NCBI GenBank assembly: GCA_963543925.1
Contig: CAUUCP010000001.1
Location: 73,296 to 137,295, forward strand
Origin: an uncultured Bacteroidia bacterium
GTDB lineage: Bacteria > Bacteroidota > Bacteroidia > Bacteroidales > CAJPTX01
Direction of reading: 5' to 3'
DNA length: 64,000 nt
Shown: positions 44,320-54,700 of the stretch, one piece after another
Numbering within the stretch: the stretch's first letter is position 1
Layout of the letters: each line of letters begins with the position of its first letter
The notes under the pieces: generated by a model
What the model was told of the DNA's origin: nothing
The model's input: the letters and a program-made list of their open reading frames with translations, nothing else
The model's database searches: none
Made by a program: the position numbers and the translations under genes

Positions 44320-46026
44320 CTATATCTTAAAGAAGCGTGTAGCATCCCGTAAGATATCGGCCTGTGCATTCAATTCCTCAGCACTTGTTGCCAATTCTTC
44401 CGAAGAAGCCGCATTGGACTGTACAACGTCATTCAAAGATTGTATCGCCACATTTATCTGATCCACTCCCGACTTCTGTTCTGTACTAGCCGTGGCAATC
44501 TCTTCTACAAGATGCGCTGTCTTGTGTACGTCTGGGAGCACATTTTGTAGATTTTCTACCGCAGTTTCGGTGGTTGTAAGGGAATGGATTGAGAGATCGC
44601 TAATCTCTTTGGCAGCATCTCGACTCCGTTCTGCCAATTTCCGTACTTCAGAAGCAACCACAGAGAATCCCTTCCCATGTTCTCCTGCACGCGCAGCTTC
44701 TACAGCAGCATTCAGAGCAAGGATATTGGTCTGACGAGCTATCTCACTGACAATAGAGATCTTTTCATGGATTGTTTGTACCGAGGTCATTGAATCACTC
44801 ATCCGCGTACTTAGATCGGAAATATGCTGTTCCATCATGCGTGCTAAGCTTTTTGCTTCCATAGCACCATCTGAGTTTTGATCGATGTTGGCATACATTT
44901 CCTCCATCGCACTGCTGACCTCTTCAGTGCTTGCCGACTGATCGTTTGTTCCTTGAGATATTCGTTGCGAAGCATCGCTGAGTTGTGCACTTGCATCCGC
45001 TACATTCGCAGCTCCCGTCTGGATCTCATGGATAGTGTCTCGTACCTTCTCTATCATCACATCAAGAGCGATCGTCAGGGCACCAAATTCGTCGTTATAG
45101 ATCTGCTGATCCATATCAATCTTAAATGTGAAGTCCCCACGCGAGCAGTGCTGAAGCAGGGATAGCGTATGTTGCAACTGCTTGACAATATAGTTTCCCA
45201 CAAGTTGCGAACCAATAATAGAAATCAAAAGCACTACAACTAAGAGTATCACGCTGATACTTACCGCTTTTCTTTCAGACTCATGGTGCATCTCAATGAA
45301 ATAGTCCACCATTTCCTCAAAGTGTCCACTCATCTGTACACTCTCTATCTGCGCATTAGCGATATTATCCAATACGAGTTCTCCCTTAGAACGAACTAGA
45401 AGTAAATCCTTTTTGTACGCCTGCAATGGTTCATAAAGCCTTCCAATAGGCTTTTTTTCTATCGCCGCAATATGTGCAAGAGCACGATCCAGAGAAGCAA
45501 GGTTGCGACGCTCCAGACCAATGATCCCCTCCCGTGCTGTGAGGAAGGATTGCATCAACAATTCACTACTGAGCGAAGTGTCGCCAATAACAAATGACAT
45601 GTAGTAATCTATCGCCTTTTGTGTTTTGTCCACAGCCTGCGTAATATCCTTCGCCAAGCCCGATAGTTCCTCTGCGCCTTGGATATATTTTGATATGTTT
45701 TCACGCAAGGCATGCGAACGCGCTGCAGCATCCCCAGTAGAAGAAACAATAGCTTCTAGTTTATCCAAACACTGCAACATACTATCTACATTACTCTTTC
45801 CGAGTTTGAAATGTGCCTCATTAAAGGAATTCGTAAATTCCCGAAAAGCAATCCTCGCTCTAGAGAAATAAGTCTCCGAAGCATTGGCGTACGACATCGC
45901 TTCGCCTGCGGAGGCTATACGTTGTATCTGGTATAACATATAGCCTGCTTCGAGCAAAAAGCCGAACAACATGATAAAGACACAAAGATTCAACTTGCTC
46001 TTGGTCTTCAAGTTCGATATATGCAT
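44320..46026 (-). CDS. methyl-accepting chemotaxis protein (two TM helices, periplasmic helical sensor, HAMP, MA signalling domain)
   Basis: 568 aa with the conserved hairpin tip [40 protein letters not shown]. Confidence 0.85.
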   Translation of the reverse strand: MHISNLKTKSKLNLCVFIMLFGFLLEAGYMLYQIQRIASAGEAMSYANASETYFSRARIAFREFTNSFNEAHFKLGKSNVDSMLQCLDKLEAIVSSTGDAAARSHALRENISKYIQGAEELSGLAKDITQAVDKTQKAIDYYMSFVIGDTSLSSELLMQSFLTAREGIIGLERRNLASLDRALAHIAAIEKKPIGRLYEPLQAYKKDLLLVRSKGELVLDNIANAQIESVQMSGHFEEMVDYFIEMHHESERKAVSISVILLVVVLLISIIGSQLVGNYIVKQLQHTLSLLQHCSRGDFTFKIDMDQQIYNDEFGALTIALDVMIEKVRDTIHEIQTGAANVADASAQLSDASQRISQGTNDQSASTEEVSSAMEEMYANIDQNSDGAMEAKSLARMMEQHISDLSTRMSDSMTSVQTIHEKISIVSEIARQTNILALNAAVEAARAGEHGKGFSVVASEVRKLAERSRDAAKEISDLSIHSLTTTETAVENLQNVLPDVHKTAHLVEEIATASTEQKSGVDQINVAIQSLNDVVQSNAASSEELATSAEELNAQADILRDATRFFKI

Positions 46027-46106
46027 GATGTTGCTGTTGTTTTATTTTTCCAGTACGTATTTCTATTACGCCTAATCAGTAAACTTGTTACAAAAATTGC
46101 GTTTTT

Positions 46107-47033
46107 TCAACCATCAAAGGGAGTAGCATGCATAAAGTCGGGAACATAGCTCCCGATACTACTCATCTCTTGCACCCATCCATTTTTGAAACCAAGAGTG
46201 TACATAAAGTCAACAACCTCATGATACTCATCTGGAGTCAAAGTCCTTGCAAGCTCTTCTACCTCACAAGCTCGATGTAAGGGGGTATATTGACACATCA
46301 GAGACAACGTAAGCTTATTCCCAAATTCACTCCAAAGATTAAATAGTGCCGAGCGAGAGTTTTCAACTTGATTGGGCAAGACTAGATGACGAATAATAAG
46401 CCCCCGCAATACCAGCCCATTTGTGTCATAGAGGACTTCCTTTCCCACCTGTCGCACCATTTCGGCAATAGATTCCAAGGCAAGATCGGGATAATTCGGG
46501 GCTTGAGAATAACGTTCACCAAGAACGACGTTACCATACTTATAGTCTGGTAGATAGACATCAATATATCCATCAAGAAGGGAGAGAGCCGATGGTGTAT
46601 CAAAGGCATTCGTATTGTATATTGTCAGCGGACGATAGCCTCTTGCACGAACCACCTCGATAATTTCACGAACGTACGGGATATACGGCGTAGGGGAAAC
46701 AAAACCAAGTGCACGCACACCACACGCCAAAATAGAGCAGATTTGCGTGCAGAGCGCTTCTATGGTCGTCTTTGCCTGTTCTAGTGATGAGCCGCGTGTG
46801 CTGATCTGCCAATTTTGACAGAAAAGACACTGTAAATTACAATGGCTAAAAAAAACGTTACAGACTCCCTCTTCTCCACCTAAAGCTGGCTCTTCACCCA
46901 AATGGCGACAAACCGTAGCAACATATAAGCCACTATCTAGCGCACAACGACCTAATTTACCCGCAAACCGATCAACGCCACAGGCATGAAAACAAAGATG
47001 ACAAGATGTAAATTCAGTAATCGTCTCTAACAT
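46107..47033 (-). CDS. radical SAM protein, PflX-like (pyruvate formate-lyase activase-related)
   Basis: HLGEEPALGGEEGVCNVFFSHCNLQCLFCQNWQIS. Confidence 0.7.
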   Translation of the reverse strand: MLETITEFTSCHLCFHACGVDRFAGKLGRCALDSGLYVATVCRHLGEEPALGGEEGVCNVFFSHCNLQCLFCQNWQISTRGSSLEQAKTTIEALCTQICSILACGVRALGFVSPTPYIPYVREIIEVVRARGYRPLTIYNTNAFDTPSALSLLDGYIDVYLPDYKYGNVVLGERYSQAPNYPDLALESIAEMVRQVGKEVLYDTNGLVLRGLIIRHLVLPNQVENSRSALFNLWSEFGNKLTLSLMCQYTPLHRACEVEELARTLTPDEYHEVVDFMYTLGFKNGWVQEMSSIGSYVPDFMHATPFDG

Positions 47034-48283
47034 TCAGGAGTGAGATCCTCTTTCTTTACACTCCAAAGATAGAGATTTTTATAGAAAAACATAAAGTTGG
47101 GGGTGCTCTGAAAATAGGTCATATATTTCCGACGCGCATCTTTTGCATAGTCTGCGTAGTTCGCAAAAATCTGTTCAGCTGCCGTGATAAATTCCAGCTC
47201 CGTGGGTTGAGAGGAAAGTAAGACTCCAGCACCTTCGTCACTTGCCTCAGGATTTCCACCAACAGCCGTGACAATCAATGGCAAACTTGCAGAAAGCGCT
47301 TCTTGAAGCGAGACTGGAATTCCGCCTTCCGTTTCGCTCAGATTTATCATAAGGGCTTTCTCTAATGATGCTAGATAACGTCGGATAACAAGGTTTGCTT
47401 GAGCACCTTTCAAAGAAACTGCAAGATTGGAAAATCGCAGCGTCGCAATTTTCTTCTCTAAATGCGCTCGTTCTTCCCCATCGCCGAAATGTGTCCAAAC
47501 TACCGATGCGTTAGGGTGTGCCTTGGCAAAAGCATTGATAAAATCGAAGATGAGTCCTATACGTTTCAATGCTACCAGATTGGAGCAACTGACAAATTGG
47601 TAATCTGCTGTTTGTATCTTCTCTGTCGACGAGAAATCTTTTACCCCAAGAGGTGTAAAAAAGGAACGCTCTCTCAATTCTGGATATTGACCATCGATCG
47701 TCTGTTTGGCATAACGACTTGCACAACAAAGCCTATCTAGGGCAAAAAACGATTTCTTGCGAAAAGGGAAACTGTGTACTGGACTCCGGAAATCATAGCC
47801 ATGAGCACGTGCAACTCGCAAACAGGACGAGAGTTCAGGACGTCGCGTAGTAGCCAAGGAAAAGCCAGCCAATGTTTCGTCAAACCAATAACTATAAAGC
47901 ACCGTATTCTCCTTGAGAATAGCCTCCTTTACTAAGAAATCTGCAATAAATTCTGCTCGAACATAACGAGCTAAAAGAATGTAAGGCGGTAGACGAAACT
48001 GTAAGAGATAATATCTCAACAGTTCCATACAGAATGCCCAAAAAGAACGACGAATGAGAAAACGATAGACATGTCTAAACGAGAAAGCCGCCACGCGATC
48101 AAGCAATGTCCTGTTCACTGATACATTGCGCGGAAGAGGTTGGGCTATTTCTCGTTTCTGCTTAAATGGTACAAGCACCAACTCTAGATCTTCCAAGCCA
48201 GAAACAGTGTATAACTCCTCGGCAAGAAAGATCTCGTTGACCTCCGTAAATGGGAAGTAGAGTGTAAAAAGGTAAACTTTCAA
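47027..48283 (-). CDS. glycosyltransferase (GT4-like)
   Basis: 418 aa with a C-terminal SETEGGIPVSLQEALSASLPLIVTAVGG (E-x7-E-like GT-B motif). TTG is the only available start. Its stop overlaps the radical-SAM start by 7 nt. Confidence 0.6.
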   Translation of the reverse strand: MKVYLFTLYFPFTEVNEIFLAEELYTVSGLEDLELVLVPFKQKREIAQPLPRNVSVNRTLLDRVAAFSFRHVYRFLIRRSFWAFCMELLRYYLLQFRLPPYILLARYVRAEFIADFLVKEAILKENTVLYSYWFDETLAGFSLATTRRPELSSCLRVARAHGYDFRSPVHSFPFRKKSFFALDRLCCASRYAKQTIDGQYPELRERSFFTPLGVKDFSSTEKIQTADYQFVSCSNLVALKRIGLIFDFINAFAKAHPNASVVWTHFGDGEERAHLEKKIATLRFSNLAVSLKGAQANLVIRRYLASLEKALMINLSETEGGIPVSLQEALSASLPLIVTAVGGNPEASDEGAGVLLSSQPTELEFITAAEQIFANYADYAKDARRKYMTYFQSTPNFMFFYKNLYLWSVKKEDLTPEC

Positions 48284-48334
48284 TGGAAAAGATGGGCGTA
48301 GCCTCTACAAAAAGTACGTTACCGCTCGTGTCTC

Positions 48335-49492
48335 TTATTCGTCACTTTCGCAGTCTTTCATGCTCCCTGCATACATGGCAAAACGCTGATATTTACATTC
48401 TATGGGACCGTTGAAGAGTGTAATAGTACGCGATGGATGAAGACCGAAATTCTTCATTGCGACACGATTTCCTGCCAGCACCCAGACATCCCACCCCTCA
48501 TACCGTGCCTTGAAGACATCACCTAATTGGGTATAAAAACGGTCTAGTTGAAACTGTTTCAGACGTTCCCCGTACGGGGGATTCGTTATCACGATTCCAG
48601 GGATAATCGGTGGCTGCAAATCAAAGACCGATTCCTTTTTTAGAGAAATATGCTTATGAAGTCCAGCTGAGCGAATATTTGCTGCGGCACTTTCCAGCGC
48701 CTTTCCAGAAATGTCCGTCCCCATAATCAAGACATCACTGTCATGTTCCTGCGAATCGTCATTGGCTATTTCTGTAAGAAGATCTGCATCGAAATCTGCC
48801 CAGAATTCAAAAGCGAAGTGGTCGCGAAAAAGACCTGGGGCTATCCCGTTGGCTATCAAGGCAGCCTCAATAAGGAGTGTGCCAGAACCGCACATCGGAT
48901 CTAAAAATGGTACTTCACCATTCCAACCACTGTGCAAAATCATTCCTGCTGCGAGTACCTCACTCAACGGTGCTACATCCTGCGCTACTCGATAACCGCG
49001 TTTATGCAATGATTCGCCAGAAGAGTCTAAGAGGATATCACAAGATCGGTCGTGAATATGCAGATTGATACGTACCTGCGGATGATCTGAATCCACGAAA
49101 GGACGACGATTGTAGCGGCTACGGAAATAGTCCACAATAGCGTCTTTAAGACGATAGGTTGCATAACGCGAATCTCTGAAGATGTCCGAATTCACCACAC
49201 TATCTATAGCAAAATGGTGTGTCACCTCCATGAGGGTACTCCAATCGAAAGCACGCGCTTGCTCGTAGAGTTCGTCAGTATTTTCTGCAGAGAAACTGAT
49301 CAAGGGTTTTAGAATACGTAGTGCGGTGCGACAGTGGTAGTTTGCCATATAAAGAAGACGTAGATCTCCTTCGAAGCGCACCATACGACATTCTTGAGAA
49401 ACATTTTGAGCTCCCAGCGCTCGTAATTCCTCCGCGAGCACGGGTTCTAACCCCTGCAAAGTCTTTGCGATATAAACGTTCGCAGCCTCCAT
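48335..49492 (-). CDS. THUMP-domain class I SAM-dependent RNA methyltransferase (RlmL/YpsC-like)
   Basis: DPMCGSGTLLIEA and the NPPYGERL motif. Confidence 0.8.
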   Translation of the reverse strand: MEAANVYIAKTLQGLEPVLAEELRALGAQNVSQECRMVRFEGDLRLLYMANYHCRTALRILKPLISFSAENTDELYEQARAFDWSTLMEVTHHFAIDSVVNSDIFRDSRYATYRLKDAIVDYFRSRYNRRPFVDSDHPQVRINLHIHDRSCDILLDSSGESLHKRGYRVAQDVAPLSEVLAAGMILHSGWNGEVPFLDPMCGSGTLLIEAALIANGIAPGLFRDHFAFEFWADFDADLLTEIANDDSQEHDSDVLIMGTDISGKALESAAANIRSAGLHKHISLKKESVFDLQPPIIPGIVITNPPYGERLKQFQLDRFYTQLGDVFKARYEGWDVWVLAGNRVAMKNFGLHPSRTITLFNGPIECKYQRFAMYAGSMKDCESDE

Positions 49493-49509
49493 CTTTAGAT
49501 AGATGAATG

Positions 49510-51156
49510 TTATTGTTTCTTTTTCTTATTCTTTCTTCTTACGATGCCCTCTTCTGCGCCTTTTGAATTGCGATCCTTGGCTTTTGAGATCATCGGCTTC
49601 CCCGTTGTGGTAAATTCTTGCGAAAAGGCTGCCAAGAGCTGTTTTCCTTTTTCGTAACTCACTGTCACAAAAGAGAATTCATCTAGGACAAGCACATCTT
49701 CCAAATCACGACTCCGGACGTGAGCAAAATCGCAAATAAACTCTGTCAAGGTACGTGCAGTATAGCCATCACGCTTTCCACAAGCGATGAATAGACGTGT
49801 CGTCCCTCGATTTTCGACTTTGAAGCCTCGAATTTCTTGGTAGCTCGTCACGTCCAAATCATTTTTATAAGCCATTCGGAAAAGCGATGCAAGAGCAACC
49901 TCTGGAGGATAGACTTGCAAAAGCTCCTGCGCAATATCGAGATAGTCGTTGAATTGTTCGTTTTCTACCACCTCTCGCAATTCGTCTTTGAGTAGTTCTC
50001 GTTTTACCTCCACCACGTCTTGTGCATTGGGTAAGGTTTCCTTCCGAATCTTGAACTTGATACTTTTTTGGAAGTATAGGAGCTTTCGGTATTCCGATGG
50101 ACTTACAAATGTTATCGCAGTACCTTCTTTTCCCGCCCGTCCTGTCCGTCCGACGCGATGTACATAAGACTCTGGATCCTGTGGGAGGCTATAATTTATC
50201 ACATGGGTTAGGTCTGCAATATCTATTCCTCGTGCTGCGACATCCGTAGCTACAAGGATGTTTATCAAGCGTTTGCGGAATTTATTCAATGTCTTTTCTC
50301 GCTGCGTTTGAGTAATCTCCCCGTGTAACCCCTCGGCTGCATACCCATTTTCTATAAGTCGAAAAGAGAGCTCGTCAACATCCGTACGAGTGCGACAGAA
50401 AACAAGTCCGTAAAAATCTGGTTCGATATCCACTATACGCGTGAGTGCATCGAACTTGTCGCTCTCCATAACCTCAAAGTAGATCTGGTCTGCCAGATGG
50501 GTAGGCTTTTGCTCCTTATCCACTTCAATGCGCTTAACATCGCGCATAAATTTTTGAGAAAGAGCTACAATTTGCTCTGGCATGGTGGCTGAGAAGAGCA
50601 ACATACGATGTTCAGAGGTCACCCGTGAGAGAATCTCTTCCACGTCTTCGATAAAGCCCATATTGAGCATCTCATCTGCCTCATCCAAGACACACCAAGC
50701 CACGTGCTCCAAATGTAGATCGCCACGCCTCAATAAATCTAAAATACGACCTGGTGTGCCAACTACCAAATGAGCCCCACGCTTGAGACGACGTTGCTGT
50801 TCAGAAATAGATTGCCCCCCGTAAACAGTTAGAAGTTGAACCTTTTTTTCTCCTCGTAACGAGGAGATCTCCTCGGTCATTTGCACTGCAAGCTCGCGTG
50901 TTGGCGCAAGAATAAGAGCTTGTGGCATTAGCAAGGATGGATCTAAACGTTCAAGAATTGGTAACCCAAAAGCTGCCGTTTTCCCAGTCCCAGTTTGTGC
51001 CTGTGCTATAACGTCGCAGCTCTCTTGCAGCAAAACTGGGATCGCCAAACGCTGTATAGGCGAAGGGCGTTCAAATCCTTTCGCTGAAATCGCCTCCAAG
51101 GAACTTTCTGATAACCCGAGGTCTGCAAACGTCTCTATATTTTCCTGTTCACTCAT
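49510..51156 (-). CDS. DEAD-box ATP-dependent RNA helicase with a DbpA-like C-terminal RNA-binding domain
   Basis: Q-motif FERPSPIQ, AQTGTGKT, VLDEADEM, SAT and HRVGRTGRAG, with a basic tail. Confidence 0.85.
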   Translation of the reverse strand: MSEQENIETFADLGLSESSLEAISAKGFERPSPIQRLAIPVLLQESCDVIAQAQTGTGKTAAFGLPILERLDPSLLMPQALILAPTRELAVQMTEEISSLRGEKKVQLLTVYGGQSISEQQRRLKRGAHLVVGTPGRILDLLRRGDLHLEHVAWCVLDEADEMLNMGFIEDVEEILSRVTSEHRMLLFSATMPEQIVALSQKFMRDVKRIEVDKEQKPTHLADQIYFEVMESDKFDALTRIVDIEPDFYGLVFCRTRTDVDELSFRLIENGYAAEGLHGEITQTQREKTLNKFRKRLINILVATDVAARGIDIADLTHVINYSLPQDPESYVHRVGRTGRAGKEGTAITFVSPSEYRKLLYFQKSIKFKIRKETLPNAQDVVEVKRELLKDELREVVENEQFNDYLDIAQELLQVYPPEVALASLFRMAYKNDLDVTSYQEIRGFKVENRGTTRLFIACGKRDGYTARTLTEFICDFAHVRSRDLEDVLVLDEFSFVTVSYEKGKQLLAAFSQEFTTTGKPMISKAKDRNSKGAEEGIVRRKNKKKKQ

Positions 51157-51212
51157 TGATAGTAAGAAGTCCCAAAGGGACAGAGATTGAGAATTTCTTC
51201 TGTGTACTGTAG

Positions 51213-52859
51213 CTATTTATTTTCCAGAATGGGCTTACCCTTTTCCTCCCAGTGCTCCAATAAGTCGAGTGCACACTTCACCTCCTCGTCGCGGAGATGA
51301 AGCACCCTATGCATAGATTCGAAATTATAGAGAGAACGTGCTACATACACCTTAGCATACCAATTTAATTCAGAGAGATCCACCTCTGATAGTTTTCCCC
51401 CGTCCATAGTCGTTTTTTCTCCATTCTTTTCGGAAAAATTCACTAGCGAAGTTACCGCTGAAGCGGAGAGGCTAAAATCTCGTTTGTAGGTATCAAGATC
51501 AGGATACCTCTTAAGTAAAGAATCGCGATGTTCTGTCACATAATCCAAAACCCACTGCCCTACCAAACCGTGCCGCAAAAGCCTAGCTACATATTCCGAA
51601 GCAAAAACTGTGTCCAAGGGGATGAATATATCGGGCATTATCCCTCCTCCGCCATAAACAGTACGTCGCGTACGAAGGGTGGAGTATTTCAAACTATCTG
51701 GGAAATGGATACTATCCTTATGAAAGAGTTCTCCATTCTTATAGCGCGCGTAGAAGGTTTCACGATACTTATCCTTCTCACCCAGAGAGTACGGGGTTTG
51801 AATTAGACGGTTGCTAGGAGTATAATAACGAGCAATAGTAATACGATACAACGAGCTATCTTGGAAGGCAAACTGGTTCTGCACCAGCCCTTTTCCAAAA
51901 GTACGTCGTCCGACAATAATCGCTCTATCCCAATCTTGTAATGCCCCCGAGACAATCTCACTTGAAGAAGCCGTATTTTCATCAACCAACACAACTAATG
52001 GGCTTTTCAAGAAGGCATTGCCCATATCGATGGCTTCGAAATCCTGACGTCCTGTTCGACGCCCCTGCGCATAAACCACTTGTGTCCCCTTAGGTAAAAA
52101 AGCGCTTGCCATGAGAATGGCTCCTTGCATCAAGCCGCCTCCATTCCCACGCAAGTCTAAGATAAAAGAAGCCGCCCCCTCGGCATTCAGGCGCGCAAGA
52201 GCCATAATAAACTCCCTGATCGTCGGTTCTGCAAACCGGGTGACTCGCAAATAGCCGATTCCAGGACGAATTTGATAAGCTACATCCACACTATGAAGGG
52301 GGATCGAATCCCGAACCACCGTATATTGATAAACTTTTTTATCCCGTAAAACATCTAACACAACAGAAGTGCCACGCGGACCTCGAAGATATTTTGCAAC
52401 CCGAGCATTGCTGAGTTTTATACTAGCGATGTTCTCCCCATTCACGGTTAAAAATTTATCCCCCGCACGAATTCCTACCTTTTCTGCAGGTGCGTTCGGA
52501 ATGGCCGACATCACAACGAGCGTATCGCGCTGAATAGCAAACTCTATTCCAACACCAAAGAAGTGCCCTGTAAGATCCGACATAGCCTCCTCACTCTGTT
52601 CCTTGGGAATATAATAAGAGTGAGGATCGAGTTCCTGTAGTAGAGCGGTTATTGCCTTATCTACAAGCTCTTTATTGTTAATAGAGTCTACGTAATAGAA
52701 ACGAATTGTCCGTATTAACTCCGTGAGCTTCGCATCATTTGCCAGCTGAGTTGGCCAGAAAAAGTTTTGCGTAGGACGCTGAAGATGCAACCCCTGAGCC
52801 GAGAGTGCCATCGACACACAGACAAGAACGAAAAGAAAAAAGCACTTCAATCCCCGCAT
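51213..52859 (-). CDS. S41 carboxy-terminal processing peptidase
   Basis: Signal peptide, PDZ (AEKVGIRAGDKFLTVNG), and the catalytic context VDENTASSSEIVSGAL...GKGLVQ. Confidence 0.8.
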   Translation of the reverse strand: MRGLKCFFLFVLVCVSMALSAQGLHLQRPTQNFFWPTQLANDAKLTELIRTIRFYYVDSINNKELVDKAITALLQELDPHSYYIPKEQSEEAMSDLTGHFFGVGIEFAIQRDTLVVMSAIPNAPAEKVGIRAGDKFLTVNGENIASIKLSNARVAKYLRGPRGTSVVLDVLRDKKVYQYTVVRDSIPLHSVDVAYQIRPGIGYLRVTRFAEPTIREFIMALARLNAEGAASFILDLRGNGGGLMQGAILMASAFLPKGTQVVYAQGRRTGRQDFEAIDMGNAFLKSPLVVLVDENTASSSEIVSGALQDWDRAIIVGRRTFGKGLVQNQFAFQDSSLYRITIARYYTPSNRLIQTPYSLGEKDKYRETFYARYKNGELFHKDSIHFPDSLKYSTLRTRRTVYGGGGIMPDIFIPLDTVFASEYVARLLRHGLVGQWVLDYVTEHRDSLLKRYPDLDTYKRDFSLSASAVTSLVNFSEKNGEKTTMDGGKLSEVDLSELNWYAKVYVARSLYNFESMHRVLHLRDEEVKCALDLLEHWEEKGKPILENK

Positions 52860-52893
52860 GAAATATAACGTTCAGATAGATAAAACCCTCTTG

Positions 52894-54435
52894 TTATTCC
52901 CACTCGATCGTAGCTGGTGGTTTGGAACTAACATCGTACACCACGCGATTGATACCACGCACGCTATTGATAATCTCGTTAGAGATTTTTGCCAAAATGG
53001 CATAGGGAAGCGGATACCAATCCGCAGTCATACCATCCACAGAGGTTACCGCACGCAAGGCTACAACACTCTCGTAAGTACGTTCGTCACCCATAACACC
53101 TACCGAGCGCACGGGGAGGAGGATCGCCCCTGCTTGCCAGATTTTATCATAAAGTCCTGCCTCTCGCAATGTACCTGTATAGATAGCATCCGCTGCCTGA
53201 AGGAGTTTTACTCGCTCTGGAGTTACCTCACCTAAGATTCGAATACCAAGCCCTGGTCCAGGAAAAGGATGACGCCCAAGAATTTCCTTTGGAACGCCTA
53301 ATTCTGCTCCGACTCGTCGCACCTCGTCTTTGAAAAGTAGACGGAGCGGTTCTACCAATTGAAAGTTCATCTCTTTAGGCAAGCCGCCGACATTGTGATG
53401 CGATTTGATCGTCACACTCGGTCCCCCCAAAGCCACAGACTCTATAACATCAGGATAAATAGTGCCCTGCCCTAACCACTTAACCCCTTTTAGGGAGGCT
53501 GCTGCTTTGTCAAACGTTTCTATAAAGACCCGTCCTATCGCCTTGCGCTTTGCTTCTGGGTCTGTAACCCCCGCCAAAGCGGTGTAAAAATCGTCCCGAG
53601 CATCTACTCCTACCACATGCAACCCCATACCTCGATAGGAGGCCAACACCCCTTCATATTCCCCTTGTCTCAAAAGACCGTTGTCTACGAAGATACACGT
53701 CAATTGTTCCCCAACTGCCTTATGCAACAAAGCCGCGGCGACTGTACTATCCACTCCCCCAGAAAGCCCCAATACGACCCGATCACTCCCCAACTTTAGA
53801 CGTAAGTCTGCAACCGTTTGTTCTATAAAAGCTTTTGGAGTCCAGTCACAAGCAAAACCACAGATATCTACAAGATAGTTTCGTAAGAGTTCTTTCCCAC
53901 ACTGTGTGTGAGAGACCTCTGGGTGGAATTGTAATCCAAAAACGGAAGGCGAGGCTTGAAATGCTGCCACAGGGATATCGGTAGTCTGGGCGAGTACTTT
54001 CCACCCCGCTGGGAGACTCTCTATGCTATCGCCATGTGACATCCAAACCGCCGACCGTTCGTCAACACCAGCAAAGAGTGGATTGGAAACAACACCCTGC
54101 AACAAAGCACGCCCATATTCCCGTTTTTGTGAACGCACGACACTCCCACCAAAATACGATGCAAGCAACTGCGCTCCATAACAAATCCCCAAAATCGGGT
54201 ATTCAGCCACAAGCTCCTTGAGCTGCACCTCTGGCGCATTGACATCATGGACAGAACAAGGACTACCTGAAAGAATAATCGCCTTCCACCCCTGCTCCCG
54301 TTGCGGGTGGAAATGATAAGGCTTGACCTCGCAATAGACACCAATCTCACGCACACGACGCGCTATCAACTGTGTATACTGCGAACCAAAGTCGAGTATC
54401 AATAGCTTCTCGTGTGCTCCTACTGTATTGTCCAT
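52894..54435 (-). CDS. guaA: GMP synthase (glutamine-hydrolysing)
   Basis: GATase [12 protein letters not shown]-PPase SGGVDS, and the C-terminus PPATIEWE. The ATG at 54435 is used; the ORF opens with TTG at 54453. Confidence 0.9.
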   Translation of the reverse strand: MDNTVGAHEKLLILDFGSQYTQLIARRVREIGVYCEVKPYHFHPQREQGWKAIILSGSPCSVHDVNAPEVQLKELVAEYPILGICYGAQLLASYFGGSVVRSQKREYGRALLQGVVSNPLFAGVDERSAVWMSHGDSIESLPAGWKVLAQTTDIPVAAFQASPSVFGLQFHPEVSHTQCGKELLRNYLVDICGFACDWTPKAFIEQTVADLRLKLGSDRVVLGLSGGVDSTVAAALLHKAVGEQLTCIFVDNGLLRQGEYEGVLASYRGMGLHVVGVDARDDFYTALAGVTDPEAKRKAIGRVFIETFDKAAASLKGVKWLGQGTIYPDVIESVALGGPSVTIKSHHNVGGLPKEMNFQLVEPLRLLFKDEVRRVGAELGVPKEILGRHPFPGPGLGIRILGEVTPERVKLLQAADAIYTGTLREAGLYDKIWQAGAILLPVRSVGVMGDERTYESVVALRAVTSVDGMTADWYPLPYAILAKISNEIINSVRGINRVVYDVSSKPPATIEWE

Positions 54436-54464
54436 GTCGAGTATCAATTTCAAATTCCAGCGTA

Positions 54465-54472
54465 CAAAAGTA
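54465..54472 (-). promoter_or_regulatory. candidate -7 promoter box (TAnnTTTG) for guaA
   Basis: Minus strand tacttttg, 30 nt upstream of the guaA ATG. Confidence 0.45.
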
Positions 54473-54516
54473 GATAAAATAGCCGTATTGGAGTATAAAC
54501 GAATATCGTTCCTCGT

Positions 54517-54547
54517 AAAAAAGCGTCATCCCGCAAAGGACAACGCT
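54517..54547 (-). terminator. rho-independent terminator of the cytochrome bd operon
   Basis: Minus strand agcgttgtcc-tttgcg-ggatgacgct (10 bp, two G-U pairs) followed by tttttt. Confidence 0.65.
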
Positions 54548-54583
54548 TCTATTTTCAATCACAATCACTTAGTATTGTGCATA

Positions 54584-54688
54584 TTATTTCTTCCCCTCTA
54601 CCCGCTTGACAGCCCACTGTACCGCATAGTAACTCACGGCAATCAAGATCGGCCACATCAGTAATTCTAGTACTAACAACCCAAGCAT
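54584..54688 (-). CDS. 34-aa single-TM peptide, candidate cytochrome bd small subunit (CydX-like)
   Basis: Not in the ORF track because it is under 60 aa. It translates to MLGLLVLELLMWPILIAVSYYAVQWAVKRVEGKK. It starts 12 nt after the cydB stop, preceded by GGAG, and is followed by the operon terminator. Confidence 0.45.
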   Translation of the reverse strand: MLGLLVLELLMWPILIAVSYYAVQWAVKRVEGKK

Positions 54689-54700
54689 CTCTCTGTTCTC

